From IMG/VR virus record IMGVR_UViG_3300035200_000037, positions 1-26,703 of that record: DNA of 26,703 nt. One strand, 5' to 3'. Every line of letters begins with the position of its first letter. Within the stretch, counting starts at the first letter, position 1. This document shows, one piece after another, positions 24,814-26,703 of the stretch. Below the pieces are notes generated by a model. It ran no database searches. It was not told the DNA's origin and saw only the letters and a program-made list of their open reading frames with translations. The translations under genes and the position numbers were made by a program. The stretch is from a virus (taxonomy: Duplodnaviria; Caudoviricetes).

Positions 24814-25139
24814 AGAAGGTTATTGCAGTGATGGTGTTGTCGGGTGTGGCTGTTTTCGGTTCCGCTGGTATTGCGGCGGCTGACGGCGGTTCATCCAGCA
24901 AAAGCACGAACAAGACGGCGATCAAGGCTGCGGCTCGCGGTAACGCGACCACCGCCGCTAATGGTTCGTCGGCCAACTCGACGGTCACCGGGCCGTCTGT
25001 GTCGGGGCAGAACGCCAAGGTGCAGAGCACCAAGGTCAAGGTTGCTCAGACCAACGTGGCTGGCAACGCTAACGGTGATACCGCTGGTGGTGTTCAGACC
25101 AACGGCAACGTGACGGTGACGATCAAGGGCAAGCAGTAG
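24810..25139 (+). CDS. Secreted Thr/Asn/Ala/Gly-rich small protein, apparent paralogue of the upstream gene
   Basis: Signal MKKVIAVMVLSGVAVFGSAGIAAA|DG; TTG start with GAGAGG RBS and TTGA overlap; shares TKVxVxQTN and NGxVTVT motifs. Confidence 0.72.
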   Translation: MKKVIAVMVLSGVAVFGSAGIAAADGGSSSKSTNKTAIKAAARGNATTAANGSSANSTVTGPSVSGQNAKVQSTKVKVAQTNVAGNANGDTAGGVQTNGNVTVTIKGKQ

Positions 25140-25152
25140 CCCTTACAGCCTT

Positions 25153-25191
25153 GAACCGCCCCAAGCATGGACAGGATGCTTGGGGCGGTTC
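25153..25191 (+). terminator. 16-bp hairpin, probable terminator after the secreted-protein pair
   Basis: GAACCGCCCCAAGCAT / ATGCTTGGGGCGGTTC with loop GGACAGG; weak U-tract. Confidence 0.7.
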
Positions 25192-25258
25192 CTGCTATCT
25201 AACCTTTCATGGTTCTTTGGTCGGCGCATAGGGACCTAAGTCAGCAGGGGTTTCCGGC

Positions 25259-25492
25259 ATGATGAACGGTGTGGACGAAGTTAGGGCTGCGATCCAACGT
25301 GTACTCGACGCTGCTGATGACGGCTGGCAGCTTGGGGCGAGCTTCGTCATCATCATGGGTATTGAACGGGTCACTGACCAGGGGATTGAGGCTACTTCCT
25401 GGTATTTGCATCCACCGGAGCAGCCGAATTGGGCTACTGACGGGTTGTTGAACGCTGCTATTCAGGCGAGGGAGTTCGCTGACGAGGACTGA
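25259..25492 (+). CDS. Hypothetical acidic phage protein
   Basis: 77 aa; 'VRAAIQ..LD...DGW' and 'PPEQPNWATDGLL' resemble small mycobacteriophage proteins found after tail modules (recognition from memory). Confidence 0.65.
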   Translation: MMNGVDEVRAAIQRVLDAADDGWQLGASFVIIMGIERVTDQGIEATSWYLHPPEQPNWATDGLLNAAIQAREFADED

Positions 25493-25692
25493 GGGGCCTT
25501 TCCTTGTCCTTTGCGGGGGTGTGGGGGTTTGTTCCGTTTGGTCATCCATGCGTCGATGGTGGTTTGTTTCCAGCCCTGGTTACGTCCTACGAGTACGTCG
25601 GGTGGTGGGAACGTCTTGTATTGCTTGACTGTGGTGAGTGAAACCCCCAGATAGGCGGCTATTTGTGGGCGTGACAGGTACTTGACGGTCAT
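25462..25692 (-). CDS. Helix-turn-helix DNA-binding protein (excisionase/AlpA-like)
   Basis: 'YLSRPQIAAYLGVSLTTV....FPPPDV.VG...GW...TIDAW'; probably leaderless, with a minus-strand TAGGAT -10 box 7 nt before the ATG. Confidence 0.8.
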   Translation of the reverse strand: MTVKYLSRPQIAAYLGVSLTTVKQYKTFPPPDVLVGRNQGWKQTTIDAWMTKRNKPPHPRKGQGKAPQSSSANSLA

Positions 25693-25699
25693 ACCCGGA

Positions 25700-25714
25700 A
25701 TCCTACCTTATGGG
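25700..25714 (-). promoter_or_regulatory. Leftward leaderless promoter -10 box with adjacent CCCATAAGG box
   Basis: Minus strand reads CCCATAAGG-TAGGAT-7 nt-ATG(25692). Confidence 0.5.
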
Positions 25715-25825
25715 GTGAAACCCGTTCCAGCCCAACGTGATTGAAATGCGTTGGGAGAGAACGGGCCTCATAAGCCTATTTTGGCTTCAAGTCTCTGAAC
25801 TGGGAAAACCCCCCCGGATTCGACT

Positions 25826-25851
25826 AAACCCCCAGCTCAGAGGGGGTTTTT
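25826..25851 (+). terminator. Intrinsic terminator-like hairpin immediately upstream of the rightward promoter
   Basis: AAACCCCC-AGCTCAGA-GGGGGTTTTT. Confidence 0.6.
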
Positions 25852-25856
25852 GGTGG

Positions 25857-25885
25857 TTGATATGACTCCCATAAGGACGTAGACT
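25857..25885 (+). promoter_or_regulatory. SigA-type rightward promoter
   Basis: TTGATA (25857-25862), 17 nt, TAGACT (25880-25885); predicted start near 25892. Confidence 0.72.
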
Positions 25886-25891
25886 TGTGGG

Positions 25892-26330
25892 AGAAGAACC
25901 GGGACGCCTCAGAGTCCCTCCACCTCAGTACCTTGACAACTACATACGCACGGAGCATCACCGGAGCTAGGTGAACGCGCAGGGCCAATTACGGCTCGTG
26001 ACCGATGGCCGTTTCCACTAGGCATCAAGACCCTGACCTGACTAGCCACCCACGATGCACCGCTCGTATGGACATAGAGAATCGCAGAACGCCAAGCCAC
26101 AACAAGCGGGTTTCCGAACCATGAGAACCCAGGCAAGCTACTACCACCGGGCGGTTTCCCTAACTGACAGGAAACCTTCAACGCTACGAGAGACCGGGGA
26201 GTCTGGAACCGCAGAGGACAACTTGGATATACGTTCTGCAACCTTTCTACTCTCATTCATCTGTGTACGACCTTCACCCAGGAGCCTCCGGGTTCCTGGG
26301 TGCTAGGCCGAGTACAGATGCTCGGGTTCA
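25892..26330 (+). ncRNA. Candidate large structured non-coding RNA or leader
   Basis: No convincing ORF; three nested pairing domains found by eye at 25943-26070, 26075-26249 and 26258-26320; lies directly behind a near-consensus promoter. Confidence 0.45.
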
Positions 26331-26353
26331 ACACAAGAGATTAGGAAACAACC

Positions 26354-26703
26354 ATGATGGACAAGTTCAACCGCTGCGCGGCTGCTGACTGCAATCTCCT
26401 GTCACTGAATCACGCTTTGTGTGTGGCTCACCGTGACTACGAGAACGAGCAGACGTTCTTGTTCGGTCAGTGGGTGTGGCTTCAACCCCGCCCCCACCAT
26501 CCGAACATGGAGCCGCGCAAAGCAACGTTCCTCGGTTACGACAAGAACGGGTACGCCTTCTTCGCAGACGGCTGGCTGGACGTTCGTGCTACCGAAGCCG
26601 AGAACATGACCGACCTCGTGGGACGTTGCAAACATGGCTATGACCAGTGCCGCCCAGCGGCTCTGTGCCACGGCTGCTGCAGCGACTTGATAGATGCAAT
26701 CAA
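26354..26703 (+). CDS. Cys/His-rich hypothetical protein, truncated by the window end
   Basis: AGGAAA RBS; hand translation MMDKFNRCAAADCNLLSLNHALCVAH...GRCKHGYDQCRPAALCHGCCSDLIDAI with no stop before the window end, so it is missing from the ORF track. Confidence 0.65.
   Translation, partial: MMDKFNRCAAADCNLLSLNHALCVAHRDYENEQTFLFGQWVWLQPRPHHPNMEPRKATFLGYDKNGYAFFADGWLDVRATEAENMTDLVGRCKHGYDQCRPAALCHGCCSDLIDAI

Noticed and set aside
25693-25860. attP site
   Set aside because: An excisionase-like HTH and inverted repeats are present, but no integrase or tRNA-like core is visible in the window.
25933-25961. Second promoter from the perfect TTGACA at 25933
   Set aside because: No TAnnnT -10 box at 16-18 nt spacing.
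25909-26306. ORFs 25909..26256 (-) and 26055..26306 (+)
   Set aside because: No clear RBS and atypical composition; the region is better explained by RNA structure, though coding is not excluded.

Overview
This window is the left arm (packaging, head, tail, lysis) of a siphovirus infecting an actinobacterium, probably a Mycobacterium-like host judged from the lysin A, DUF2744-like and minor tail protein types. Almost all genes are on the + strand. Order: ParB-like, small Cys/His protein, C5-cytosine DNA methyltransferase-fold enzyme, asparagine-synthetase-like ATP pyrophosphatase, CmoA-like enzyme, terminase small/large, portal, MuF-like, scaffold, major capsid, neck proteins, major tail, frameshifted tail chaperones, tape measure, minor tails/fibres, lysin A, holin and membrane proteins, two secreted Thr/Asn/Val-rich proteins, an HTH gene, a long structured non-coding region and a truncated Cys-rich ORF. 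The strongest signal is the operon at 126-3475, which reads as a carboxy-SAM-dependent DNA hypermodification pathway: a CmoA-like Cx-SAM synthase, a C5-MTase whose motif-X Asn is replaced by Arg, and an amide ligase, all translationally coupled to the terminase. Several long-range RNA pairing elements and a candidate ~440-nt structured ncRNA are also visible. All family assignments come from motif recognition by eye; no database search or folding program was run.
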